64,000 bases of DNA from Bugula neritina (taxonomy: Eukaryota; Animalia; Bryozoa): positions 23,931,504 through 23,995,503 of the forward strand of contig OZ037765.1 in NCBI GenBank assembly GCA_964035545.1, in the 5' to 3' direction. Both the position numbers and the translations under genes were made by a program. Shown here in pieces: positions 54,501-64,000 of the stretch. Position 1 is the first letter of the stretch, and each line of letters begins with the position of its first letter. A model generated the notes under the pieces. That model saw nothing but the letters and a program-made list of their open reading frames with translations. It did not search any database and had not been told where the DNA came from.

Positions 54501-57500
54501 CGTTCTGGTTAAAGGCAACAATATAAACCTTGAGATTTGATAACATTGAATTAATTTTAAAATATTCAAAAAATACCATAATATGTGATATATACTTTCA
54601 ACAAAAAATGTGATAATTCTTATGTCTGTTACAACAATAGAGTAAATATGTGAGCTAATTTTAAGCCTAATAATTATAAAGTTTGACAGCAAACACCTGT
54701 AAGACCATAATCACCTTTTCTATGATTAAATAATTAGAAAGATTCAAATTTGATATTACCACACGTAGCATACTGTAATGGCAATTATTTGATCTTGTGA
54801 TTGATATTTATGGCAGACATAATGAGATCAACAGATAAGTTAGTCGACCCACTTTTTCTGATATGTTTCCCGGGGACAAGGTGTAGGTGCCCAAGCTCCG
54901 GCCAAAGAGTAGTGACCTTCCGGGGAGATAAACTGGTTTCCTGTAGAAGCTCCTCCCTCACAGTAATAGCCTGGGAAACAGTCATCTGTGGCAGCCGAAC
55001 CCTGAGACCCGGCACAGTACTTCCCAGGCTCGCAGGGAATACAGTCAAACTTAGACTTAGATCCTTGAGAAGGTACATAATAGCCAGGATCACATGGTAG
55101 AGGGGCAGCCGTGCCAATAGGACAGTAGCCACCGACTGGACAGAGGCCGCCATTAATACCATCAGGTGGTGATGATGTGTAAGCACTAGCTCTGCAGTAA
55201 AATCCCGCATCACATAGACCTGTAGGAAAATAGCTGAGTTTTAAATTACAAAACCAGAAGCCTATAACATGTTTAGTTTCAACTTGCAGCTTAAAAAGTT
55301 TTTAAATTTTAGAATTTAAATGTCAAGTTTGAAATGGAAAGATGGTTATAAACTAGTTATACAATCTAAATTTGGTAAAAAATCACATGTTGAAAAAGTT
55401 AGCATACCAATTTAGACAAATAGACATTTAAAAATGTTGTCTCACTGAATATTTATAAAATGATATACTAACTGAATACTATATAACTGTCCAATACAAT
55501 GAATTACACAGGAGTACAATACGCAAAGTAAAAACACAATTAAGGGCTGTGAATTATTAGGGAAAAATATTTCATTTTATAACATTGAGCATAGAAAAAG
55601 CTAGTGAACTTTAGAGCATAGTTTTCTTCTTTTAATTCTCTAAAGTATAATATAATGTTGGTATCTTGGCATATGCATTAGTATAAAGTGAACAGTGCGT
55701 ACCTGTGGGTTCAATAAGACCCAGCCCGGCGCAGTATTTACCACCAGGGCATGGCTGGCAATCCGTTGATACAGAAACTTTAGTTTGATTTCCATAGGAG
55801 CCAGCAGGGCATGGCTGCGGGTTGATTGTGCCAGTGACACAGAAATAACCTTGAGGACAGTCCTACATATACAGATCAATAATAACAGGGAATTACAAAT
55901 TCTTCCCTAACATTGAGATATAAACCTGCGTGAGTTATTGAGATATAATTATGGACAATGTGTATCAGTAACTCTCACAGTAAGATGGTAGCATATATAT
56001 TGTAGTTCCTATACAGAGTTGTATACAGAGTAAAGGAAAAAAATTGCCTTCGTTGCCATAAATAGCGGCCCATAAAGTGTAGCATGATCTGATACTCATA
56101 GGTATGGCTTATAGTAAACATAAAAAATTATGTAGACGTACGAAAGGCAGTTCAAGGCCAGCCTCATCACAGAAGGATCCTGACGTACACTCTGTACAGT
56201 CAGCGAATGATTCACTAGAAGCACCATAACGGAAGAACCCGATTGGACAAGGGTAACTAGTAGATATGCCTGTGCCCAGTGGACAGTAGTGACCACCAGG
56301 ACATACGTCCACTGTAGCATTCAGCCCCTCCTGGTCACAATAGAATCCTACCAACATAACAGAAAAGGTTTGATAGCTGCAATGGTTTAAAGGTTGGAAA
56401 ATTGATAAAATATAATGTGGTGGCCTAAAACTTCTGATGCATTAGCAAAGTGACCAAAAGACTGAATATCTCATATCATAACTTACATCCTAACTTGCAA
56501 TAACAACATTTAAAAAAGTATTCAAGGTTCCTAATAATTAAGTATAATAATTCAGGTAGAGTGGTAACTATGCTTTTACAAAATTTGTATTTCGTGTGTC
56601 ATGTGATTGCAATTGTCATGATTTTACAGCAGAAAATTCACAAATGTAAAAAGGTAAAACAAAAAACAATACAACATCTGATCTCAAAAAACTAATGAAA
56701 TGCAATGATACTTGATCACAAAACTTACGGCCTTTCTTGTTGCACTAATGGCAGTGGCTTAAATCGGCTTTTAAATTGAGATTCTAACCTGGTGTACATT
56801 GCTGGCATTCAGAGACCTGCTTCAATCCATAATGTGGGTTGAATGTGCCAATAGGACACGGTATGGGGTAAGCATTGACTGAGCCGTTCACACAGTAATA
56901 TCCGATCCAACATTTATCTCTAACCAGTTCAGGTACACGCGCCATCCCGGGAGGGCAATGCATACCGGCAGGACATATCTTGCTCTTATGCATCTGAGTT
57001 ATACTGCAAGTAAAGATATTCTGTATATAATGTTGGCAGAAGACTTGAACATTGTCTTTCCTAATCTGCTATATTCCTAAATGAGTTCTACATATAACTG
57101 ATAATGGTAGTGTAGAGCTCGTTGCTGTTATATGTAGAATGGCAAAACAAGTCTTTGAACCTGTTGGTTCAGACAAACCGCTTTTAATAAAAATGTTTAC
57201 GAGAAGAATTTTTTAAATTTATAACACACTCAATAAAACAGCAAAATAAATTTATTAAAACATATTGTTGACAATAGCTGGTACTATTTTCAAAGTTGAA
57301 AAATTGTTCAAAATCAGTTTAGTACGTTTTACAAGTAATCAATTGACTTTACTGCTCTTTTAAATGCAGCCTGAAATTTATAAACCGCATGATTTCCGTA
57401 AACTTGTAAACAAGTACCCATGAATGTGCACAACACACCACATAAGCGTACCTAGTAGCATTAGTATCACAGTAGTATCCAGCTTCACATATCGTACAGC

Positions 57501-60500
57501 TGATGGCTCCTACATCAGAGTATTCTCCTTTAGGACAAGGCGATGGCTCGACTGTTCTATCGGTAGGGCAGTAGTATCCTTCCCAGCATTCCTCACAAAA
57601 TGTCGCATTCTTTCCCTTCTTGATATGCCTACAAAAAGATTACCCTCAAATATTTGGCTAATCGATCTATTTTAGCCTAACTGCATAAACATAAAACAAT
57701 AAAATTTTATATTATTAAACGAGATCAGTCAAAATGAAAATCTTGCTTAATTATTGTGCAAGCTAAACACTGCTATTTATTACTCATTTTGAACATCACT
57801 ACAACACAGCTTTAGAAGAGTGCTCCAAACTTACAGAAGTAGGAAATAACTGCACGGATAATTCACTGACCTGAAGGTGCCAGCAGGGCAGTCTGTAGGC
57901 AGGATAGAGGGCTGAGGGCAATATGTCCCCTCAGGGCAGTCAACACACTGCTCCCATGCAGTGATGCCTGTAAGGTTGTTGTAAGAGCCGGCGTGGCAAG
58001 GATAAGACTGACAGCTGGGCGTACCTTCTGGACACCAGTGACCTTGGCAGCATAAATCTGCAATACAATACAATCCATAATATCTGTTATATATTGATAT
58101 AGATATTGATACAGGAGACTTTGATCAACATCTTAAATTGGAGTTATCTATTCTTATTACTACATTTTATTGCACTAAATAGTTCCGTACATATTTTATT
58201 CGAAACAATTCTTTTGCTACAATTTTCTATGTTACTTTTTCCTGATCACGTAAAAATATTTGGTTTGTTAAATTAAAGCTGTGTCAAAACCAAAATGTCA
58301 TTGCCTAATCATTCAACATTATATAAAGATTGTAAGATAGAAAAACATTATAAATTATAATACTAAAAAGTTATTAGACTAGAATTGACAAACAGGTTTT
58401 TTATTAAAAGGCCAAAATACTCTAAAAACAACAGCTTCGTAACAATTAGTTATATGTTAGTTTAAACAAATTTACCAGTAGGAGTTGTGGCCCCTTCTAG
58501 ACAGTACCATCCGCGAGTACACTGATAGCATTCAGCCTGTTCTTTCAGGTTGGTGAGGTTAGTGTATGTGCCAGCCGCACAAGGATACTGGTCCGGTGTC
58601 TGGGTGCCAGCTGGACAATAGTGACCTGGTGCACATGACACGGGTGCCTTCTGCTTGCCACCAGTGCCCAGCTGAAAACACATGTACTAACGTTATTTTA
58701 TTCATACCAGTATTATAGTATTGAGATGAGCATATGCTAGCGCTTGTGCTGAAATTTTTAATACTTGAATTGGATCTGCAAATGTTAAATTAAATATTAG
58801 AAGTCCAGCAGTAAAGAATTGAAAATTACTGCAAAAAAATAATGCACTCATGGTGTTGGAATATTGAAGAAAAACTTGTCTTTAGCGAGGTGTAAATATT
58901 ACGGCATTAAATTACTTAGTAAAGTAAAAATGCTTTCAAAACCATTTTTCATAAACTAATTTGCACCATAGGTTTTGTGCTATAATAGTGAAATGTGCAG
59001 AATGTCCAACTGTTATAATATTCACACTGCAATTAAACAAAGTGCATCAGCTGAAGCCTTAATATAACTGACACTGACCAAGCAAGCAAATCTCTCAATG
59101 CAAGGATAGCAATCTTCAACTTTTGTTGCATTGGAAAAGTCATTTAGTTTTCCAGGAGGGCATGCATGATCAGGGTCATTGGGAAACTCACTGCCTAGAG
59201 GGCAGTAGTAACCAGGAGAGCAGGGCAGATCTGGCTCAGAGAGGCCTCGTATGGAGCAAGCCTCACCAGCTCTGCATGGCTGACAATCTGATATATTTCT
59301 AGCACCAACGTATGGGTTGAAATAACCTGGATAAAAACAGCAGTATGGTGAGCATTACGAGTAAGGGTTAAGACAGTTACAGCATTCACTCAATTTGATA
59401 TTTATTTTGAAAGTGTTCGCAACATGATTTAGCACTCGTGGAGCAGTTCAGATCCTTCAATGTATAATATGATTATAAAATACAAGACTTATGTTTAGAG
59501 AAATCTTAAAAGTTTTCTTGCGAACATGTCTTTGTTTTTGCAAGCAACATATCATCACATAATACAGCATTGCACATGTAATATAGTGACAAGATTGATT
59601 GGAACATCACAGTAAAAGGAGTATAGGAGTTTTAAAAGATGTAAAAAAACTTAGACAAGTTTACAGTTACTATCCCTGTGAGAACCCCTGACGGAAAAGG
59701 TTTATTCATATGGGGCAAAGAAGCAATTATGACTGGATGCTCTTCCTAACATCACCAATGGCCTTTACTGGGATTGAACTCATGACCTCGTATTTAATAA
59801 GCCAGCGCTCTAACCCCTAGAGCATGGCTGCTCCCTAGGAGTTTTGAGTGATAAAAAAGCAGCTAAACTTACCTGGTGGACAAGCCTCGGGATATTCAGT
59901 GCCCTCTGGACAATAGTAACCGGCAGGGCAATTCTTGCAGTCAGTCTGCATGGAGGCACCTTCTATCTCTGTGTAAGTTCCTTTTTCACAAGGTGAGGGC
60001 AACCCACTTCCAGATGGACAGAACGAGCCTACAGTACACAGTGTGTATAACAAACAGCTGCGGACTAAAAACTATTGCTATTAGTATTCAAGAACTTCCT
60101 CTTTGGAAACATTATGTACTATATAATTTATAGCTTTTTAATTAGAGAAAAATAAAGATTATTTCCAGTAACTGATGATAGATTTCTAGCTCCAGGTTTT
60201 ATATTTATTTCTCTTAAATGCTTTCACATACTTCTGTACAAGCAATGAACATTTCAGCAAATTACTATAAGTCTGGCATGTCAAAACACCGGCATAAATA
60301 TATGTTGTAGCTTAAGACAATAAACGATGCAGCATTTAATGTCTGAGTATTGAAAATTCTATTTGGGAAGAATAAGTGTTGACTAATCGAAACAACCAGA
60401 ACATACATTTTGTATTTAAGGTTACAATAATTTAATTCATTCAGAAACTGATTGAAAGAACCTGAATAATGGTGAAGTTTTTATTTCCGAGAAAATGTTT

Positions 60501-63500
60501 ATAATTAACAAAAGAACTCACATTTAAATAGAATCTGTATTTAAGTAACAATCTGCATCAAAGCATAAAAAGCAGATTTTACAATAACTACTAGCTGTTT
60601 TAACACTGGTCAATTTGTGAAATAATTAAAGCATCACTTGACCCTATTAATTAAGTTACACCTAAAAGTTTAAAAAAAGATTATAAATATATAATTCAAC
60701 TGCAACGCCTAATTTGTGCAATTTTGAACTATGATTACATTTCAGTTTCAAGTGAGTGGATGAAGTTGAAAAATTCATGCTTTTCAGTAATGTAAGATGT
60801 AAAAAGATCCTGGAAGTTTAATAAAAACTGATATAAACATTTGCAGTCATTATACTCTGTTTGCATAATACAATTGAAAACTATTTTTAGGTCTTTTTTA
60901 TACTGTGCCATAAAATCATGGCTTATGACTTTGAATTAGATACGAACCAACCAATAATTTAACAGAATAATTCATAAAAATTGCCAAGAACAGGATGAAA
61001 GCATGTCATATTTAGTATCAGATTTGTTGTGTCTGACAAAAACTCATAATGTATTGATACTTGACAAGTTAATTTTGTATCATGAACAAAGTAAGTCCAT
61101 TAAACTAAATGTAGAATATAATGCGGTTTATCTTCATAAAAGGGGATCATGTAATATAATGTAGCCCACTACCGAACAGGACAGAGCGGAGATAGGTGAG
61201 AAGGTGATATAATGTAGTTTTTAGTATTGGTAGATTAACGACTAGCTAACTAAATGCCATTGGCTGAACACAAGGACTGCGTTACAAGCCTTCTGATTGG
61301 CTACCTAGTACTGCTAGACTATGAGACTACAAGAAAGAAGATGACCATTAACTAAGTGTTGAACTGTCTAATAAATTGCATCATCACAGAACTCTTACAC
61401 CTCAGTTATGAGTAATAATAATATATACCTTTAGGACAAACGCAGCCGTCACAATAGGGATCTGCAGTCCCCGGGACACAGAACCAACCGGAAGGACAAG
61501 TCTTGCAATCGGCTTCATCTGTCATACCAAACTCCTGGCTGTAAGTACCATCAGGGCAGGGGTTTTCTCCATACAGTCCAGTACCCAGAGGACAGTAGTG
61601 ACCCTGCAGAATAGGTCACACACATCACATCAATATGATAAAGCAAGTGAGCAGAGTAAAGCATATGCAAGTATAAATGAATAATATATTATACTGCTAA
61701 AAGTTTATGTTTACTATAAATCACAAACTGATAATATGTGTAGCAAATTTCTATATGCATGGAAAGTAGAGTAAGAATCAAGTGTAGTAAAAAATACAAT
61801 GAGTTGTGTAAAATGTTCAAGTGGGGTAAAATATAAACACCAATATTTCATTTATTATGGGCCCTTATAGCATAACATCACTTTAAAATGAGGTAAGTGA
61901 AGTAATAAATAAACTGGAAAATGCCTGTGTTCTACATGAAAAATGCATTAAATAAATTATTTTTCAGCCAAAATTTCAACTTGCTCCCCAACCAAAATGT
62001 AGAGCAAAACTCAAAAAACTTGGCTTATAGAATTTTTCCATCAATACAGCTGAATAGTTGAAATGCTAACCTTTGGACATATAAGTGATCCCGATGGGTA
62101 GTTCATGGTGGGCAGAGGGTTATTTGGACAATAGTAGCCACTAGGACAGGATACGCATCCTTCTTCTTCAGAGGTGGCACCAGTTTGGTTACCATAAGTA
62201 CCTGTAACGGTGTTGAAATAGGAGTATAAAGTATACTATAAAAGAAAGAGTAGTACACAACTCAGATATGAGAAAGGATATGTGTGCTTAAACACACATG
62301 TAGGTCACTCTGTGCAAAATTAAAAAAACATGAAGGCTAAACAAAATTAATTTCTTAAATGTCTATAAATAATTGAATATTTGAAAATTATATTGAGATA
62401 CTCATAATGTTTATGGTTAATTGATGTTTGAAAGGCGATTTGAAGATAAAACATTTGTTAGACATATTTTAAAATGATTTAAAACATGTCGAATATTTAA
62501 ATCATTTTAGATATTAGACATGATTTAAAATTGAAATTTTATATCAGAAAGTATGCTCTGTGAAATGACATACCAGCTGGACAGGGTGTGAGATCCTTGC
62601 CATCAAGGCAGTAGTACCCGAGAGGACAGAGTCCGTCTGCTGGATGAGCAGATTTACTTCCTTCTGGACAAGCGTATCCTGGATCACACTGCTGGCACTC
62701 CGTCTGAGCGGTAGAGTTGCTATAGAAACCAGCCTCACATACAACAGGTTCCTGATCAGCAAACTCACAATAGTATCCAGCTGGGCAGGGTATGCATGCG
62801 TACTCTCTACCCAGACTATAGTAACCAGGATCACAAGCTACACCTGCATATGAGAACAATATACGAGTGGATTGCACATGTCATATACATACACATCAGT
62901 TGAACAGATTTTTATTTATCGAAATATGATGAACATTCTTCATCATAATTTTGAGGCAGAAGAGTTGAAGTGAATATTTATAGACAAAACTTTTCAAATA
63001 CAGGCAAAGATCGAATTAAACAAATGGCAAGTAATTCACATGTCATAAAGAGATACTAGAATGAGTTTTACTGACCAGGACTGGTGGTGTTGGCACATTC
63101 CTCTCCAGCAGGGCAGTCAGTGCAAACAGTGGCTGCAGCTTCAGCGTAAGTACCTCTCACGCATACAGTTATGTAGTTAATGTATATGGAAGGACAGGCA
63201 TAACCTGCGGGGCACTCAACACACGCATCTCTTCCACCCTCACTACAAAATGCCATGACCACTTTACACAACGATGTTATTGCACCAAAAGAATACTATT
63301 TCACCTTGATAGTCTTTGAATTTTCATCATTTAATATAAGAAATAAATAAACAAGCCACTGGTGAGTCAGTGCTTCTAAAAGAATCATGAACAAGATGAG
63401 TGGACAAACCTGCCAGATGCAAAACATACATGCAGCCATTCAAAGACTGTTACTTTTCTTATACCAGTTCAATAAGAACATAAAGTATTTTTAATATCAA

Positions 63501-63747
63501 AACAAGTTTTGAACAATTGAAAGAAATTTTAATTAACATTTATAATAAAAAACTTTCGTTAGTAAATATCTGTAATATTTTTACCTATAGAAGCCGGCTG
63601 CACAATCTGCTCTGTTGGTATCAGAGTCCACATCAGGGCATTCTTTGCCAGCAGGACATCTTGTGCACGACTGCTGGTTGCCAATCGAGTAGAAACCAGG
63701 TAAACAGGTAGTCTGCTGATCATTGTTAGTCCAGGGGCATGCAACTC
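1..63747 (-). CDS. Giant single-pass (type I-like) membrane protein with a very long GCC2/GCC3 (Ephrin_rec_like) cysteine-rich ectodomain and a coiled-coil cytoplasmic tail; partial at both ends, 117 exons, ~7,600 aa in window
   Basis: Nearly all Cys-rich ORF fragments are on the minus strand and bounded by yAG/AAG acceptors and GT donors. Exon lengths and phases match sequentially from 63747 to 1 (sum ~22,860 nt). Recurrent CPxGxYCPxG, PCxxGTY and CxxCxxGxYC units. From recall (not searched), the architecture resembles uncharacterised proteins such as zebrafish si:ch211-286b4.4, mouse Gm9195/Gm32742-like and protist GCC2/GCC3 proteins. Confidence 0.93.
322..381. repeat. Short intronic direct duplication (~30 bp x2)
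   Basis: acataaaaactctat(a)ctctgtatac occurs twice in tandem. Confidence 0.75.
2269..2381. repeat. Intronic minisatellite, 18-bp unit built from 6-mers (atcata gtcata gt[c/g]agt)
   Basis: About 6 units, producing the spurious MILTMT repeats in ORF 2028..2369; ends ~15 nt upstream of the acceptor at 2255. Confidence 0.9.
3366..3602 (-). CDS. Transmembrane-helix exon (not in the ORF track)
   Basis: tttgcag|GT...GCC G|gtatg, 237 nt, phase 1-1. With the previous exon it reads [60 protein letters not shown]: about 24 hydrophobic residues followed by a basic positive-inside segment. Confidence 0.92.
3891..7496 (-). CDS. Juxtamembrane ectodomain exons (non-repeat region with RRRR site and NPDFDYGAF motif)
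   Basis: Exons 7379-7496, 6851-7049 (or up to 7283, see repeat), 6301-6451, 5837-5966, 5030-5387, 3891-4039 join in phase. They encode [72 protein letters not shown] and [24 protein letters not shown]. Confidence 0.9.
4085..4297 (+). mobile_element. Degenerate tRNA-derived SINE-like copy
   Basis: aaagtgctagtctagt...gtggtttgaatccca (B-box-like), ccattg..ggttagaaaaggtatgcagtcaaaatt and ggttctc resemble the cleaner copies at 10003, 12906 and 59659. Confidence 0.5.
6476..6508. repeat. (TA)n microsatellite
   Basis: acatatatacatatatatatatatatatatat. Confidence 0.9.
7028..7298. repeat. 7 x 39-bp tandem repeat spanning an intron/exon junction (each unit holds a 3' splice site plus the exon start)
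   Basis: Unit gccgtattatagtagacataaccta[c/g]agacacacagaca starts at 7028, 7067, 7106, 7145, 7184, 7223 and 7262. Minus strand is ctgtctgtgtgtct[g/c]tag|GTTATGTCTACTATAATACGG. Confidence 0.97.
7664..13852 (-). CDS. Cys-rich repeat exons, block 1 (membrane-proximal)
   Basis: Exons 7664-7833, 8239-8415, 8522-8666, 9046-9166, 9467-9606, 9759-9895, 10323-10567, 10887-11166, 11310-11468, 11631-11795, 12021-12164, 12518-12738, 13151-13368, 13599-13852; all GT-AG and phase-compatible. Confidence 0.9.
7848..7986. repeat. Intronic minisatellite, 28-bp unit x ~5
   Basis: atacatgtacactataacatgctaggaa repeated with few changes. Confidence 0.92.
8847..8912. repeat. Intronic minisatellite, 21-bp unit x3
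   Basis: atatcaagtagtatatgaagt x3; gives YQVVYEV repeats in the spurious + ORF 8835..9104. Confidence 0.88.
10003..10198 (+). mobile_element. tRNA(Thr-AGT)-derived SINE, copy A
   Basis: Head ctaggggttagagcactggtttagtaaacatgaggtcagtggttcgaaccccagt (A box, AGT loop, B box ggttcgaac); body ttggtgatgttaggaagagcattcgatcata...caatagaaaacaag; tail tcaggggttctcagagagatgacaactataaaccc. Collinear with the other copies. Confidence 0.88.
12906..13100 (-). mobile_element. tRNA-derived SINE, copy B
   Basis: Reverse complement: ggagcgttcatagtctaggggttagagcgctggcttagtaaacac...ccattgggggtgttaggaagggcattcagtcataatt...caatagaaaacaag...ggggttctcaccgggatagccactataaaccc. Confidence 0.88.
14439..14459 (-). CDS. 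Candidate 21-nt phase 1-1 microexon encoding (Q)NTTDSE(G)
   Basis: Minus strand reads ctaattgttcacccctttgtag|AGAACACAACTGATAGCGAAG|gtaaac: branch-like CTAAT, pyrimidine tract, good donor, in frame with both flanking exons. Confidence 0.65.
14986..23035 (-). CDS. Cys-rich repeat exons, block 2
   Basis: Exons 14986-15207, 15688-15879, 16192-16367, 16752-16855, 16958-17148, 17536-17701, 18096-18226, 18546-18770, 19015-19149, 19961-20073, 20545-20704, 21258-21437, 21593-21802, 22006-22167, 22377-22559, 22880-23035. Confidence 0.9.
20955..21090 (-). mobile_element. tRNA-derived SINE, copy C (internally deleted/degenerate)
   Basis: Reverse complement has ctagaggttaaagcactgctctagtaag...gtgggtttgaatcccggt and the family tail tcaggggttctcacagggatag. 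Confidence 0.75.
23399..33572 (-). CDS. Cys-rich repeat exons, block 3
   Basis: Exons 23399-23537, 23641-23801, 23891-24100, 24342-24524, 24886-25080, 25802-25981, 26198-26704, 26825-26986, 27138-27257, 27380-27578, 28167-28360, 28473-28751, 29208-29385, 29500-29648, 29813-30025, 30202-30375, 30834-31067, 31395-31606, 32207-32384, 32825-33065, 33355-33572. Confidence 0.9.
25371..25492. repeat. Intronic minisatellite, 25-bp unit x ~5
   Basis: cagcatag[c/t]ctacatgagtgtgtag repeated. Confidence 0.93.
31971..32138 (+). pseudogene. Inverted partial duplicate (pseudo-exon) of exon 36565-36835 including its acceptor
   Basis: The + strand tatgatattaaagGAGAGTGCAGTGCTAGATATTACTGTATAACAAGAGCT...GGGACATTTGGGGACAGA matches the reverse complement of 36681-36848 with 9 mismatches in 168 bp and no indels seen. 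Confidence 0.95.
32691..32800. repeat. Intronic minisatellite, 32-bp unit x ~3.4
   Basis: catacaaagtgactatcactatatactctgta repeated. Confidence 0.88.
33849..44174 (-). CDS. Cys-rich repeat exons, block 4
   Basis: Exons 33849-34072, 34362-34479, 34988-35170, 35433-35648, 35963-36177, 36565-36835, 37116-37364, 38514-38711, 38966-39103, 39192-39401, 39812-40039, 40496-40750, 40840-40964, 41164-41293, 41407-41832, 42014-42258, 42512-42678, 42789-42976, 43162-43395, 43905-44174. Confidence 0.9.
34085..34157. repeat. Intronic minisatellite, 15-bp unit x ~5
   Basis: acacaataatatatt repeated; gives LLCNI repeats in ORF 33884..34180; abuts the acceptor at 34073. Confidence 0.85.
35934..35973. repeat. 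20-bp tandem duplication spanning a 5' splice site
   Basis: aacatttacctgcatcacat / aatatttacctgcgtcacag (17/20 identical), giving two TGTGAyGCAG|GTAAAT donors 20 nt apart. Confidence 0.8.
44325..53629 (-). CDS. Cys-rich repeat exons, block 5
   Basis: Exons 44325-44570, 44789-45070, 46189-46353, 47111-47349, 47739-47988, 48376-48588, 48956-49108, 49465-49617, 50038-50271, 50646-50877, 51114-51301, 51416-51593, 51725-51918, 52345-52590, 52797-53042, 53483-53629. Confidence 0.9.
54163..63747 (-). CDS. Cys-rich repeat exons, block 6 (most N-terminal in window; gene continues beyond 64000)
   Basis: Exons 54163-54356, 54853-55219, 55703-55862, 56142-56347, 56789-57003, 57452-57628, 57871-58057, 58476-58671, 59079-59326, 59873-60028, 61429-61603, 62071-62201, 62574-62843, 63076-63242, 63585-63747. 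The first exon begins at an acceptor (gttag|GA GTT), with no start codon or signal peptide in view. Confidence 0.9.
59659..59835 (-). mobile_element. tRNA-derived SINE, copy D
   Basis: Reverse complement: gggagcagccatgctctaggggttagagcgctggcttattaaatacgaggtcatgagttcaatcccagt...ccattggtgatgttaggaagagcatccagtcataattgcttctttgcc...tcaggggttctcacagggatagtaactgtaaac. Confidence 0.88.
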
Positions 63748-64000
63748 CTAACATCACATAACAACAATAAATGTACTTCACTTTTTGAAAAAATCATATC
63801 ATTTATTGCTTTGAGAGATATTCACTCTTTAACTCTATAACCAACTCATTAAATGTATGTAGCTAACAAAGTTAAACGATATTATATTATATACTTGATT
63901 ATTATTAATTAATTTTGCATACTTTTGCAAATATAACCCATGTGCGAATTATTGAAAAGTTAAATGACAATTATAAAAATGGAATAAGATGCAGTAGAAA

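Noticed and set aside
19454-54692. Hydrophobic F/L/I/Y-rich short ORFs in introns (e.g. 19454..19639, 45644..45844, 49212..49436, 53758..53940, 54462..54692) and + strand ORFs overlapping exons
   Set aside because: Composition is as expected from AT-rich intron sequence or antisense shadows of GC-richer exons; no coherent nested gene structure.
62455-62535. Small AT-rich inverted repeat (taaaatgatttaaa ... tttaaatcatttta) as a MITE or pre-miRNA
   Set aside because: Short and extremely AT-rich, with no target-site duplication or second copy in the window.
7664-63747. Dscam-like mutually exclusive exon clusters, or many separate small Cys-rich genes
   Set aside because: Consecutive exons join in phase and continue the repeat pattern in order; apart from the single inverted copy, no sets of interchangeable duplicate exons were seen.
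5026-63781. Stop-codon readthrough or selenocysteine where Cys-rich ORFs end abruptly in R* or G*
   Set aside because: These stops are the TAA/TGA/TAG within AG|GTAA, G|GTGA or G|GTTAG splice donors.

Overview
AT-rich eukaryotic (invertebrate-like) genomic DNA occupied end to end by ONE giant intron-rich gene on the minus strand; both its start and its stop lie outside the window. I traced 117 GT-AG exons by hand, plus a candidate 21-nt microexon. Their splice phases match across the whole window and they give about 22.9 kb of CDS, roughly 7,600 aa. In transcript order the protein has: a huge Cys/Gly/Pro-rich ectodomain of CPxGxYC / PCxxGTY / CxxC units (GCC2-GCC3 / Ephrin_rec_like type) arranged in ~700-aa super-repeats; a non-repetitive juxtamembrane region with an RRRR furin-type site and a [21 protein letters not shown] motif; a single transmembrane helix; and a cytoplasmic tail with an LPxY motif and long coiled coils. 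Introns hold a tRNA-Thr(AGT)-derived SINE family (4-5 copies) and several minisatellites. The most unusual elements are a 7x39-bp repeat that multiplies a 3' splice site in frame and a ~95%-identical inverted copy of one exon sitting 4.5 kb downstream in the same pre-mRNA. No prokaryotic features, CRISPR arrays or true RNA genes are seen. Coordinates were read by eye and may be off by a few bases.
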